A DNA stretch of 17,791 bases from Gemmatimonadota bacterium (GTDB lineage Bacteria; Gemmatimonadota; Gemmatimonadetes; Gemmatimonadales; GWC2-71-9): contig QHTZ01000042.1 in assembly GCA_003221005.1 (NCBI GenBank), positions 1 to 17,791 of the forward strand. The letters run 5' to 3'. How positions within the stretch are numbered: the first letter of the stretch is position 1; every line of letters begins with the position of its first letter. This document shows, one piece after another, positions 6,904 to 15,895 of this stretch. A program made the position numbers and the translations under genes. Below the pieces are notes generated by a model. It was not told the DNA's origin, made no database searches, and saw nothing but the letters and a program-made list of their open reading frames with translations.

Positions 6904-8462
6904 CGGGCCCGCAGCCGCACCACCCGACCCGTCCACCCCGTAGCGCTCGAGTTATCCGGGCTCAGGACCTGCAGCGTCACGATGTCTCCGCGCCGCACCT
7001 TCGCGAGCGCCTCTCGGAATTCGGCGCGGTTCCGTGTGGGGGCGCCGTTTACCTTGACGATCACGTCTGGCCCCCCGGGATCGTCGACCGCCGCGAGGCG
7101 CTGGAATGCCGGCCCGTCCGGTGAGACGTCGGTGACGACGAGGCCGCCGCCCGCCTGCACGACTGACCGGAAGCGGGGATCCTGTTGGTCGTCGGCCGTG
7201 AGCGGCTGTACGGAGACGCCGAGGGCCTCTTCCTTGGGCGCGACCTCGCCTTTCCCGGCACCTGCCTTCGACGCCACCTCTTCGTCACCGAGCGGGGCGC
7301 GCGCCAGCCGCACCGTATAGGTCTTCCGCACGCCGCCCTGGCGTAGCACGGTGACCTCCACCGCATCGCCGGGCCGCTTGAATCCGACCGTCTGCTGGAG
7401 CTGCGGCACGTTGCTCACGGGCTGGCCGTCCAGGGCGACGATCACATCGCCCGGCTGGATCCCGGCGCGCTTCGCGGGCGAATCGTCGCCGGTGTAGCTG
7501 TTCACGACCACGCCGGAGATTTCCTTCAAGCCGACGGCGTCCGCGTCCTCGGGCTGCACTTCGCGGATCGCGACGCCCATCACGGCGCGCTCGACATGGC
7601 CCGTCTTGATGAGCTGCTCCATCACGGTATGGGCGAGATTGATGGGGATCGCGAAGCCGTACCCCGAATAGAAGCCGGTCTCGCTCGCGATGGCCGCGTT
7701 GATCCCAATGACGTCGCCGCGCACGTTGACGAGCGGTCCGCCCGAATTCCCCGGGTTGATCGCGGCGTCGGTCTGGATGAAGTCCTGGATCGCGTAGCGC
7801 GACTGCTGCAGCCCGTTCAGCAGGCGACCTTTGGCGCTCACGATGCCCGCGGTCACCGTGAAGGTGAACGCTTCGCCCAGGGGGTTGCCGATCGCGAGCA
7901 CCCACTCGCCCACGCGGGTGGAGTCGGAGTTGCCGAGGCTCACGGCCGGCAAGTCGCGCGCGTCAATCTTGATGACGGCCACGTCCGTCGCCGGATCGGA
8001 GCCCACGACCTTGGCGGTGAACTCACGCTTGTCGTACAGCCGCACCATCACGCGGTCCGCGCCCGCAACCACGTGATTGTTGGTGAGGATGTAGCCGTCC
8101 GACGAGACGATGAAGCCGGAGCCGGTCCCCTGCTCCACTTGGGGGCGCCGGCGGAACTGCGGAAAGAAGTCCTCAAACCCGGGCGGCAGGCGTCCCGCGT
8201 CGCTGCGGGCGCGGTGCTCCGACCGGATGAACACGACGGCGGGCCGCACGTGATCGGCCACAGCGACAAACGCGCTGCTCAAGTCCGCGACCGGTTTCGC
8301 CGCGGGCAGCGATGCCCGCGTGGGGGTCTGCAGCGCGAGGGCCGGCTCGGTGGCGTCGCTCCGTTTGGGGAGGTTGAGGGCTGAGGCGAACGCCAACCCG
8401 AACACAAAGGCAATGGCCACCAGGGCCCCGAACTTGAGCCAATCCCGCGTGCGTACCGACAT
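6900..8462 (-). CDS. degP: DegP/HtrA (Do family) serine protease with two PDZ domains
   Basis: N-terminal membrane anchor, GTGSGFIVS, catalytic triad TNNHVV / TDVAV / DAAINPGNSGGPL, and PDZ motifs SPAKRAGIQPGDVI and VSPDGPA. Confidence 0.95.
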   Translation of the reverse strand: MSVRTRDWLKFGALVAIAFVFGLAFASALNLPKRSDATEPALALQTPTRASLPAAKPVADLSSAFVAVADHVRPAVVFIRSEHRARSDAGRLPPGFEDFFPQFRRRPQVEQGTGSGFIVSSDGYILTNNHVVAGADRVMVRLYDKREFTAKVVGSDPATDVAVIKIDARDLPAVSLGNSDSTRVGEWVLAIGNPLGEAFTFTVTAGIVSAKGRLLNGLQQSRYAIQDFIQTDAAINPGNSGGPLVNVRGDVIGINAAIASETGFYSGYGFAIPINLAHTVMEQLIKTGHVERAVMGVAIREVQPEDADAVGLKEISGVVVNSYTGDDSPAKRAGIQPGDVIVALDGQPVSNVPQLQQTVGFKRPGDAVEVTVLRQGGVRKTYTVRLARAPLGDEEVASKAGAGKGEVAPKEEALGVSVQPLTADDQQDPRFRSVVQAGGGLVVTDVSPDGPAFQRLAAVDDPGGPDVIVKVNGAPTRNRAEFREALAKVRRGDIVTLQVLSPDNSSATGWTGRVVRLRAR

Positions 8463-8499
8463 GCTCGTCTCGCTTCGTTAGAGGGTTGCTGCCTGTAAT

Positions 8500-10437
8500 C
8501 TACGCTTTCTTGTTCTTCTCGTCGTCCACGATCTCGTAGTCCGCGTCGACCACGTTGTCCTTCTTCTGGTCTGCGGCTGGCGCCTCCGCCCCTCCCCCGG
8601 TGCCCCCCCCTCCCCCTCCCGGTGCGCCGGCGCCGCGCGTGGCGGCGTACAGCGACGCCCCCGCAGCCGAATACGCCTGCTGCAGCTCCTCGAGAGCCTT
8701 GGAGATCTCGTCCGGGTTCCCGGAACGGAGGGCCTGCTTGGCACTCGCGACCGCGCCGTCGAGCCGCGACTTGAGGGACGCGTCGAGGCGGTCGACCCAT
8801 TCCTTGGAGTTCTTCTCCACCTCATACACCATGGTGTCTAGGCGGTTGCGCCGCTCGATCTCGTCGCGCCGCCGCTTGTCCTCGGACGCGTGGGCATCGG
8901 CGTCCTTCACCATACGGTCGATGTCCTTGTCGGACAGACCCGACGAGGCCTCGATGCGGATCTTCTGCTCCTTGCCCGTCGCCTTGTCCTTGGCCGAAAC
9001 GTGCAGGATGCCGTTCGCGTCGATGTCGAACGTCACTTCGACCTGGGGCACGCCGCGCGGCGCGGGCGGGATTCCCGTGAGCTGGAACTTGCCGATGGTG
9101 CGGTTGTCCAGGGCCATCTGGCGCTCTCCCTGGAGCACGTGGATCTCCACCGTCGTCTGATTGTCCTCGGCGGTGGAGAAGATCTCCGACTTCTTGGTCG
9201 GGATCGTCGTGTTCCGCGGAATCAGCACCGTGGTGACGCCGCCCAGGGTTTCGATCCCGAGCGACAGCGGCGTGACGTCGAGCAGCAGGATGTCCTTCAC
9301 CTCGCCCGCGAGCACGCCACCCTGGATCGCGGCCCCGATGGCCACGACTTCGTCCGGGTTGACGCCCTTGTGAGGCTCCTTGCCGAAGACCTTCTGCACG
9401 ATTTCCTGGACCTTGGGCATCCGCGTCTGCCCGCCCACCAGGATCACCTCGTCGATGTCGCTCGGCTTGAGGCCGGCGTCCTTCAGCGCCTGCTCCATCG
9501 GCGCCATCGTACGCTGGACCAGGTCGTCCACGAGCTGCTCCAGCTTGGCGCGCGTGAGCGTGATGTTCAGGTGCTTCGGGCCGGACTGGTCCGCCGTGAT
9601 GAAGGGGAGGTTGATCTCCGTCTGCATCACCGTGGACAGCTCCATCTTCGCCTTCTCCGCGGCCTCCTTGAGGCGCTGCAGCGACATGGGGTCCTTCGAC
9701 AGGTCGATGCCCTGGTCGCGCTTGAACTCCGCGATCAGCCACTCGATGATGCGCGCGTCGAAGTCGTCACCGCCCAGGTGCGTGTCGCCGTTGGTGGACT
9801 TCACTTCGAACACGCCTTCGGCGAGCTCGAGAATCGAGATGTCGTACGTGCCGCCGCCCAGGTCGTACACAGCCACCTTCTCTTCCTTCTTCTTGTCGAG
9901 ACCGTAAGCGAGGGCCGAAGCCGTGGGCTCGTTGATGATCCGCACCACATCGAGCCCGGCGATCTTGCCCGCGTCCTTGGTGGCTTGCCGCTGCGAGTCG
10001 TTGAAGTAAGCGGGAACCGTGATGACCGCCTTCTCGACTTTATGGCCGAGGTAGTCTTCAGCGGTTTGCTTCATCTTCTGGAGGATCATGGCGGAAATCT
10101 CGGGCGGAGTGTAACGCTTCCCCTGGATATCCACCGACGCGAGGCCGTTCGGTCCCTCGACGACCTTGTAGGGGACGCGCTTCATCTCCTCCACCACCTC
10201 GTTCATCCGCCGCCCCATGAACCGCTTGATCGAGAAGACGGTGTTCTGCGGGTTCGTGACGGCCTGGCGCTTCGCCACCTGGCCGACCAGCCGCTCACCG
10301 TCCTTCGTGAATGCGACCACCGACGGCGTGACCCGCCCGCCCTCCGCGTTCGGGATGACGACGGGATCGCCACCCTCCATCACGGCCACCACGGAGTTCG
10401 TGGTCCCGAGGTCGATTCCAATGATCTTCTCTGCCAT
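8500..10437 (-). CDS. dnaK: Molecular chaperone DnaK (Hsp70)
   Basis: [60 protein letters not shown], and C-terminal VVDADYE. RBS GAGGAG at 10446-10451. Confidence 0.99.
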   Translation of the reverse strand: MAEKIIGIDLGTTNSVVAVMEGGDPVVIPNAEGGRVTPSVVAFTKDGERLVGQVAKRQAVTNPQNTVFSIKRFMGRRMNEVVEEMKRVPYKVVEGPNGLASVDIQGKRYTPPEISAMILQKMKQTAEDYLGHKVEKAVITVPAYFNDSQRQATKDAGKIAGLDVVRIINEPTASALAYGLDKKKEEKVAVYDLGGGTYDISILELAEGVFEVKSTNGDTHLGGDDFDARIIEWLIAEFKRDQGIDLSKDPMSLQRLKEAAEKAKMELSTVMQTEINLPFITADQSGPKHLNITLTRAKLEQLVDDLVQRTMAPMEQALKDAGLKPSDIDEVILVGGQTRMPKVQEIVQKVFGKEPHKGVNPDEVVAIGAAIQGGVLAGEVKDILLLDVTPLSLGIETLGGVTTVLIPRNTTIPTKKSEIFSTAEDNQTTVEIHVLQGERQMALDNRTIGKFQLTGIPPAPRGVPQVEVTFDIDANGILHVSAKDKATGKEQKIRIEASSGLSDKDIDRMVKDADAHASEDKRRRDEIERRNRLDTMVYEVEKNSKEWVDRLDASLKSRLDGAVASAKQALRSGNPDEISKALEELQQAYSAAGASLYAATRGAGAPGGGGGGTGGGAEAPAADQKKDNVVDADYEIVDDEKNKKA

Positions 10438-10497
10438 CAGCGTGACTCCTCAGCCAGATAGGGATTGATGCGGAGACTTGCCCGTTGGTCGCAAGCG

Positions 10498-10512
10498 GCA
10501 AAGACCGTGCCT
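10498..10512 (-). promoter_or_regulatory. Putative sigma54 (-24/-12) promoter for dnaK-degP
   Basis: Minus strand reads AGGCACGGTCTTTGC, matching TGGCAC-N5-TTGC with correct GG-N10-GC spacing, about 60 nt upstream of the dnaK start. Confidence 0.7.
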
Positions 10513-10589
10513 GGAGAAAGCGCCAGTATGGCAGAGCGGCCGGCTCCTGTCGAGGGCGAGGCGTGGCCAACCGGGCTACATTGTCCGGC

Positions 10590-11351
10590 GTGTTCCCGTA
10601 CAAGGACGACAATCCCACCGTGCTTGCGCCGATCGTCACGATCGGCATCATCGTGCTCAACGTGCTCGCCTGGCTCTTTCTCCAGGGCGCCGGGGCGAGC
10701 GAGCCGCTGGGGGCCTCGGTCTGCCAGCTGGGGCTGATCCCGGGCGAGCTCTTGGGAACGGTGCCGCCTGGCACCAGCGTGCCGCTCGGACCCGGGATGG
10801 CGTGCGTGATCGAGGGGCCGCACTACGCCACCGTGCTCACGTCGATGTTCATGCACGGAGGCTGGCTGCACATCATCGGCAACATGTGGTTCTTGTGGGT
10901 GTTCGGAAACAACATCGAAGACTCCATGGGGCACGCGCGGTTTCTGGTGTTCTACCTGGTGTGCGGCGTCGCGGCCGCCGCCGCTCAGGTGCTGGTGGAC
11001 ACGCACGCGCGGGTGCCGATGGTGGGCGCGTCCGGCGCCATCAGCGGCGTGCTCGGCGCATACGTCGTGCTCTATCCGCGCGTGCGGGTTCACACGCTGA
11101 TCACGCTGGGCTTCTTCTTTACCACCGTAGCGCTGCCGGCGTACTTCATGCTGGGGTACTGGTTCGTGCTGCAGCTGCTGCTCGGCGCGGTCGGCATCGC
11201 GGGCCGTGTGCAGGGGGGCGTCGCGGTTTGGGCGCACGTCGGCGGGTTTCTCGCAGGCCTGGCGCTGATAAAGCTGTTCGTCAACCCAGCCTTGATGGCG
11301 CAGCACGTGTCGCCCGACTCGGGCGAGTGGTGGCGGCGCCAGCCGGGCTAG
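10590..11351 (+). CDS. Rhomboid-family intramembrane serine protease
   Basis: SMFMHGGWLHIIGNMWFL, catalytic GASGA and WAHVGG. Start reassigned to GTG 10590 (MFPYKDDNPT), a typical N-terminus for this subfamily. Confidence 0.93.
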   Translation: MFPYKDDNPTVLAPIVTIGIIVLNVLAWLFLQGAGASEPLGASVCQLGLIPGELLGTVPPGTSVPLGPGMACVIEGPHYATVLTSMFMHGGWLHIIGNMWFLWVFGNNIEDSMGHARFLVFYLVCGVAAAAAQVLVDTHARVPMVGASGAISGVLGAYVVLYPRVRVHTLITLGFFFTTVALPAYFMLGYWFVLQLLLGAVGIAGRVQGGVAVWAHVGGFLAGLALIKLFVNPALMAQHVSPDSGEWWRRQPG

Positions 11352-12700
11352 GCTTCCTCTGCGTGGTGCTTGATGGTCTTGCCTTCCACCAAGAACACCA
11401 CGTCCTCAGCGATGTTCGTGGCGAGGTCGGCGACGCGCTCGAGATTGCGGCTCACGAGAAACAGCTCCATCGCGGCGCCGATGACGTGGGGGTCCTCCAT
11501 CATGTGCGTGAGCAGGATTCGGAAGACGGAGTGATGTAACGCGTCGACCAGGTCGTCGCGGCGGCAGATCTCCCGCCCCAGCTTCGAGTCACCCTTCACG
11601 AACGCGGCCAAGGCGCCGGACAGCATGGCGCGCGCCTGGCGCGCCATCTCCAGCAGCTCCGGCTCGGGGGGGACGAGGCGCGCGGCGGCGAGACGCTCCG
11701 TGGACTGCGCGATGTTGGCGGCGTGATCGCCCACGCGCTCCAGGTCGTTCGCGATCTTCATCGCCGCCATGAGCAGGCGCAGGTCTCGCGCCATGGGTTG
11801 CTGGGTGGCGAACAGGTCGATGACCAGCTCTTCGATCTTGAGCTCGAGGGCGTCGATGGCGTGGTCGCCCGCGATGACCTGCGCGGCAAGATCGCTGTCG
11901 CGGCGCAGCAGGGCGTCCAGCGGGTCGGCCGCGAGCACGCCGTCCGCCATGGATTCGATTAGGGTGTGCGTCTCCTCCCGCTCACGCCGCAGCTCAGCGA
12001 AGCGCTGGTCGAGCTGCTGGTGCATCGCGCGGAGCGCGAGGACGTGGTCCGCGATCTCGGGGATGCGCGCGTCGGGAAATTCGGGCGCCTCGCCCGCCGC
12101 GATCGCCCGAGCAGCGGTGCCGAGCTGCACTAGAGGCCGCGCGATCGTGCCGCTCAGCGCCCACGCGAGCAGCGCGGCGACCGCGAGCGCCGCCAGCCCC
12201 GCCAACGCGACGCCGCGCTGCACGGCGTCGATCGCGGCGTCCACGGCGGCGAGCGTCGTGGAGACGCGCACGACAGCGAGGCCGGGCGGGCCGCCGCGCA
12301 CCGCCACATACAGCCGGCGCTCGTTGGTGGACGCGCTGAGACGCTGGTCACGGCCCGCCCCCGTCGCGAGCGCCTGCACCACCTCGGGGCGGCCGGCGTG
12401 GTTCTCGAGCTGCGCCAGCGCGGCGCGGTCGAATTCGGTGTCGCCGCGGACCCGGCCCTTCGGATCGATGAGCGTCAATCGGTGACCGATCAGCGCACCC
12501 AGCCGCCGGGGGGCGTCGGGCCAGGCGAGCGAGTCGGGCGGCAGTAGGGTCGCCACGAGCCGCGCCTCGTGCTCGAGGCCGGTCGCGATGTCCGCTTCCA
12601 GGTGCCATCGCAGCACGTGGTCGGCTGCCACGATCAAACCGACCACGGTGGCGGCGAGCAGCAGGCTCGAGCCGACGAACAGCCGAGCCGCGAGCCTCAC
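11348..12700 (-). CDS. Chimeric ORF: PhoR-like sensor N-terminus (TM-sensor-TM-HAMP) fused in frame to N-terminally truncated PhoU
   Basis: aa 1-260: two TM segments, RLTLIDPKGRVRGD and LENHAGRPEV sensor motifs, HAMP (IARPL), and PAS start IESMADGVLAAD. aa 261-450: PhoU motifs QQPMARDLR, DLERVGDHAANIA, DDLVD and NLERVADLATNIAEDV. No HisKA or HATPase motifs. Confidence 0.85.
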   Translation of the reverse strand: MRLAARLFVGSSLLLAATVVGLIVAADHVLRWHLEADIATGLEHEARLVATLLPPDSLAWPDAPRRLGALIGHRLTLIDPKGRVRGDTEFDRAALAQLENHAGRPEVVQALATGAGRDQRLSASTNERRLYVAVRGGPPGLAVVRVSTTLAAVDAAIDAVQRGVALAGLAALAVAALLAWALSGTIARPLVQLGTAARAIAAGEAPEFPDARIPEIADHVLALRAMHQQLDQRFAELRREREETHTLIESMADGVLAADPLDALLRRDSDLAAQVIAGDHAIDALELKIEELVIDLFATQQPMARDLRLLMAAMKIANDLERVGDHAANIAQSTERLAAARLVPPEPELLEMARQARAMLSGALAAFVKGDSKLGREICRRDDLVDALHHSVFRILLTHMMEDPHVIGAAMELFLVSRNLERVADLATNIAEDVVFLVEGKTIKHHAEEA

Positions 12701-13422
12701 GGCCGCTTGCGTGTGGTCGTCGCGGGAGCCGTGCGCAGCCGGTAGCCCGCGCCGCGCACCGTTTCGATGGAGTCACCGGCCTTGCCCAGCTTGTGGCGCA
12801 GGCGCTGCACGTGCATGTCCACGGTGCGGGTCTGAATGTCGGGCTGAGCCTGCCACACGGTCTCGAGGAGCTGCGCGCGGCTCTGTACCCGGCCCTGGCG
12901 CTCCATCAGCGTTCGCAGCAGGCGGAACTCGATGGCGGTGAGCTCGACTTCCTCGCCTTGCACCGCCACCTGGTGCGCCGTGCGGTCGAGCGTGATCGGC
13001 CCCGCGCTCAACAACCCGCCGGATGCCACCGGTGGTGCTGCAAGGCGGCGCAGCACGGCCCCGACGCGCAGCACCAGCTCCTGGGGAGAGAATGGCTTGG
13101 GGAGATAGTCGTCGGCGCCGAGCGACAGCCCCTTGATCCGGTCGGGCTCCTCCTTGCGCGCCGTGAGCACGATGACGCCGATGTCCCGCGTCTCGTCCTG
13201 CCGTCGCAGCTCGGTAAGGATGTCGTACCCGGAGACGCTGGGCAGCATCAGGTCGAGCACGACCAAGTCGGGCCGCTCCTCGCGCGCGGCGCGCAGCGCA
13301 TCGCGCCCATTCGAGGCGGTGCTCACGCGGTAGCCGTCCTTGGCGAGATGGTATGCGACGAGCGCCGTGATGTCGGGCTCGTCGTCCACCACGAGGACGC
13401 GCTGGCCCTGGGGGGCCGTCAC
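12697..13422 (-). CDS. phoB: OmpR/PhoB-family response regulator (PhoB-like)
   Basis: VLVVDDE, LVVLDLMLP, VLTA, GADDYLPKPF and wHTH TRTVDMHVQRLRHKLG..IETVRGAGY. Start reassigned to GTG 13422, which overlaps the upstream stop (GTGA). The phoB name rests on phoR/phoU context. Confidence 0.88.
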   Translation of the reverse strand: MTAPQGQRVLVVDDEPDITALVAYHLAKDGYRVSTASNGRDALRAAREERPDLVVLDLMLPSVSGYDILTELRRQDETRDIGVIVLTARKEEPDRIKGLSLGADDYLPKPFSPQELVLRVGAVLRRLAAPPVASGGLLSAGPITLDRTAHQVAVQGEEVELTAIEFRLLRTLMERQGRVQSRAQLLETVWQAQPDIQTRTVDMHVQRLRHKLGKAGDSIETVRGAGYRLRTAPATTTRKRP

Positions 13423-13694
13423 AGTCGCACGTCTCCGCCAGGGTCGCGCCGCTTCAACCGCCGTACCGCCGCCGCCGCGTCGGCCTGGGCCCGCGCGGTC
13501 GCGGCGGTATCGCGCTCCAGCGTCACGACCGTACGATCGGCTCCCGCCTCGACGGTGACGACGAGCACGTCGTCGGCCCGCGTGGCGCCGGGCAGGAGCC
13601 AGCGCGGCACGTCGAGAAAGACCGTGCCGTCCACCTCCACCACGGTCAACGCTTCCTCGTGACGGTCCACGATGAACCGGTGGGTCTCCTTCAT
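13419..13694 (-). CDS. DUF3006-like small protein
   Basis: FIVDRHEEALTVVE...DVPRWLLPGATRADDVL followed by a C-terminal helix. Sits directly after a ComEC-like MBL gene, the usual DUF3006 context. Confidence 0.75.
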   Translation of the reverse strand: MKETHRFIVDRHEEALTVVEVDGTVFLDVPRWLLPGATRADDVLVVTVEAGADRTVVTLERDTAATARAQADAAAAVRRLKRRDPGGDVRL

Positions 13695-14599
13695 GGGTTA
13701 CTCCCGCTCCCGAGCTGGGAGCGCGCGTGACACGTCCCCGCGCGCTCCGTGGTGATGGTCCAGGTCGCGTTCCGCAGCACGCGCACCGTGATGGTTCCGG
13801 CGTCCGCCGTGCAATAGGTCGGGATACCGCGTGCGGCGAGCAGGCGCAGCACGGCGGCGAACGGATGCTGGCGCCCGTTGGCGCTGATGGCCACCGCCTT
13901 GGGCTGCACGACATCGAGCAGCGCGGCACTGGTCGCGTTCGCCGACCCGTGGTGGCCGGCCTTCAGCACGTCGGCCCGCAGCAGGGCGGGATGGGCCATC
14001 ATCCACCAGCCGAGCTCGGCTTGCTCGGCGTCGCCCGGGAGCAGCATGGTGAACGCGCCCCGGGTGAGCCGCACCCCGACGGAACAGTCGTTGATGGCGT
14101 CGCCGCTGGCGTTGCGCGGGAGCTGGCGGCAGGTGGGCGGCGGCGCGAGCAGCTGCAGCTCAACGGTGTCGGCGCCAGTCACGAGCGTGACGGTCCGCAC
14201 TCCCGTGTCGGCCGTCACGACGGGGATGCGGCGCGCCGCGATCTCGTCGAGTAGTGCGAGGTACGTGCGCAATGTCCGCGGGGTGCCCCCGTAGATGAAG
14301 GCACGCACCGGAAACCGGTTGAGCACCACCGGGAGCCCGCCGTAGTGATCCGCGTGCGGGTGCGACAGGATGACAGCGGCCAGGGTATCCACGCCAAACC
14401 GTCGCAGGTAGGCGGCCACGGTTGCGCCATGGCCGCTCGCGTCGATCAACACGTGCCGTCCCGTGGCCCCCGCGGAGTCGGTGATCAGGATGGCGTCGCC
14501 GCCGATTCGCGCGTCGCTCACGTCCAAGACTCGGATCAGGAGGACAGCGGAATCGCCGGGTGGCGCGAGCAGCGACGCGCACAGGAGCGCGGTCAGCAT
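13691..14599 (-). CDS. ComEC/Rec2-type metallo-beta-lactamase-fold hydrolase (stand-alone, probably exported nuclease/phosphodiesterase)
   Basis: LDV..GDAILI, VLID, SHPHADH, INDCS, LLPGDAE, LKAGHHGS and QHP. Short hydrophobic N-terminus and no ComEC channel domain. Confidence 0.88.
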   Translation of the reverse strand: MLTALLCASLLAPPGDSAVLLIRVLDVSDARIGGDAILITDSAGATGRHVLIDASGHGATVAAYLRRFGVDTLAAVILSHPHADHYGGLPVVLNRFPVRAFIYGGTPRTLRTYLALLDEIAARRIPVVTADTGVRTVTLVTGADTVELQLLAPPPTCRQLPRNASGDAINDCSVGVRLTRGAFTMLLPGDAEQAELGWWMMAHPALLRADVLKAGHHGSANATSAALLDVVQPKAVAISANGRQHPFAAVLRLLAARGIPTYCTADAGTITVRVLRNATWTITTERAGTCHARSQLGSGSNP

Positions 14600-14650
14600 C
14601 GGCCGTCAAGGTAGCGCGGCGGACGCTCGCTTGGCAATTTTCGGCGCACC

Positions 14651-15895
14651 ATGGCACGGCTGCGCGTGTTCGTGAACGAGCGTCCCGTCGACGTGGCCCG
14701 GGGCGCTACGGTGCGCGACGCCGTGGCCGCGCTCGATCACGGTCTCGCAGACCTGCTGGCCACCGCGGCGGCGTACGTCACCGACGGCGTGGGTCGGCAG
14801 GTGGATGCCCGGGACCCGGTCGGGGAAGCGGGCGGCGTGTTCCGAGTGGTGGTGACGGCGCGGCGGGCTCCTGCCATCTCGAAGGAGGCGCTGCGCCGCT
14901 GGCCCAAGGCGGAGCTGCACGTCCATCTTGACGGCTCGCTCAGGCCCGCGACGATGCTGGAGCTGGCGCGTGAGCAGCACGTCCGCTTGCCGGCGGACAC
15001 ACCCGAGGGCCTCACCCTCGCCCTTTCGGTGCAGGGCGTGCACAGCCTCGAGGAGTACCTCACCAAGTACCAGCTGACTCTGGCGGTGATGCAAACCGCC
15101 GCCGCGCTCGAGCGGATCGCCTACGAGTTCGTGGTGGATCTGGCGGCTGAACAGGTGCGCTACGTGGAGGTGCGCTACTCGCCGCTGTTGCACCGTCCAG
15201 CCCTGACCCTCACACAGGCGATCGAGGCGCCGCTCCGTGGCATCGAGCGCGCGGTCCGAGAAACGGGCACCAGGGTCGGGCTGATTGTGTGCGGCATCCG
15301 GACACTCCCCCCGGCGATGTCGCTCGAGCTTGCGCAGGTGGCGGTGGGGTACCGGAGCGCGGGCGTCGTGGGCTTCGATCTCGCTGGCGCCGAGCACGGC
15401 CATCCAGCGGAGGACCACCGCGCCGCCTTCGCCCTGGCGGTGCAGCACGGCCTTGCCTGCACCTGTCACGCGGGCGAGGGCGACGGGCCGGCGTCGATCC
15501 ACCAAGCGCTGCAAAGCTGCGGCGCGCAACGCATCGGTCACGGGACCCGTCTGGGCGAGGATCCGGCCCTGCTCGAGTACGTGGTCGCCCAGCGCATCCC
15601 CCTCGAGATGTGCCTCACGAGCAACCTGCACACGCACGCTGTGCCGTCGCTGACGACCCATCCCTTCCGGCGCTACCTGGAGCAGGGTGTCGTCGTCACC
15701 CTCAACACCGACGGGCGCCTGGTGGACGGCGTCACCCTCACCGACGAATATCATCTCGCGCACACGGCGCTCGGGCTCGGCAAGGACGAGCTGGTTCGCG
15801 TGGTGCTGAACGCGTGTGAGAGCGCGTTCCTTCCGGAGTTCGAGCGGGTGGCACTCGTGGCCCGCATACAGAGCGAGCTCGAGAAAATCGCATGA
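14651..15895 (+). CDS. add: Adenosine deaminase with an approximately 70-aa N-terminal extra domain
   Basis: PKAELHVHLDGS, YVEVRYSP, GFDLAGAE, CHAGE, RIGHG, EMCLTSN and TLNTDG. Confidence 0.92.
   Translation: MARLRVFVNERPVDVARGATVRDAVAALDHGLADLLATAAAYVTDGVGRQVDARDPVGEAGGVFRVVVTARRAPAISKEALRRWPKAELHVHLDGSLRPATMLELAREQHVRLPADTPEGLTLALSVQGVHSLEEYLTKYQLTLAVMQTAAALERIAYEFVVDLAAEQVRYVEVRYSPLLHRPALTLTQAIEAPLRGIERAVRETGTRVGLIVCGIRTLPPAMSLELAQVAVGYRSAGVVGFDLAGAEHGHPAEDHRAAFALAVQHGLACTCHAGEGDGPASIHQALQSCGAQRIGHGTRLGEDPALLEYVVAQRIPLEMCLTSNLHTHAVPSLTTHPFRRYLEQGVVVTLNTDGRLVDGVTLTDEYHLAHTALGLGKDELVRVVLNACESAFLPEFERVALVARIQSELEKIA

Noticed and set aside
8588-8622. C-rich run in dnaK resembling the dispersed G-rich repeat
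   Set aside because: It encodes the ordinary Gly-rich flexible C-terminal linker of DnaK and lacks the GGGAANN periodicity.
8890-10461. 523-aa ORF antisense to dnaK
   Set aside because: Long antisense frames opposite dnaK/hsp70 are a known by-product of codon bias, often mis-annotated as NAD-specific glutamate dehydrogenase. There is no independent evidence of coding.
10438-10589. CIRCE or HAIR operator upstream of dnaK
   Set aside because: No TTAGCACTC-N9-GAGTGCTAA or CTTGAGT-N7-ACTCAAG match was found by eye.
13423-13929. 169-aa N-terminal extension of the response regulator in the ORF track
   Set aside because: It overlaps the DUF3006-like and MBL genes. GTG at 13422 gives a normal receiver domain start with a stop/start overlap.
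14600-14650. Pho box upstream of the MBL-phoB operon
   Set aside because: No CTGTCAT-like direct repeat with 11-nt period is visible, so Pho autoregulation is unsupported by sequence.
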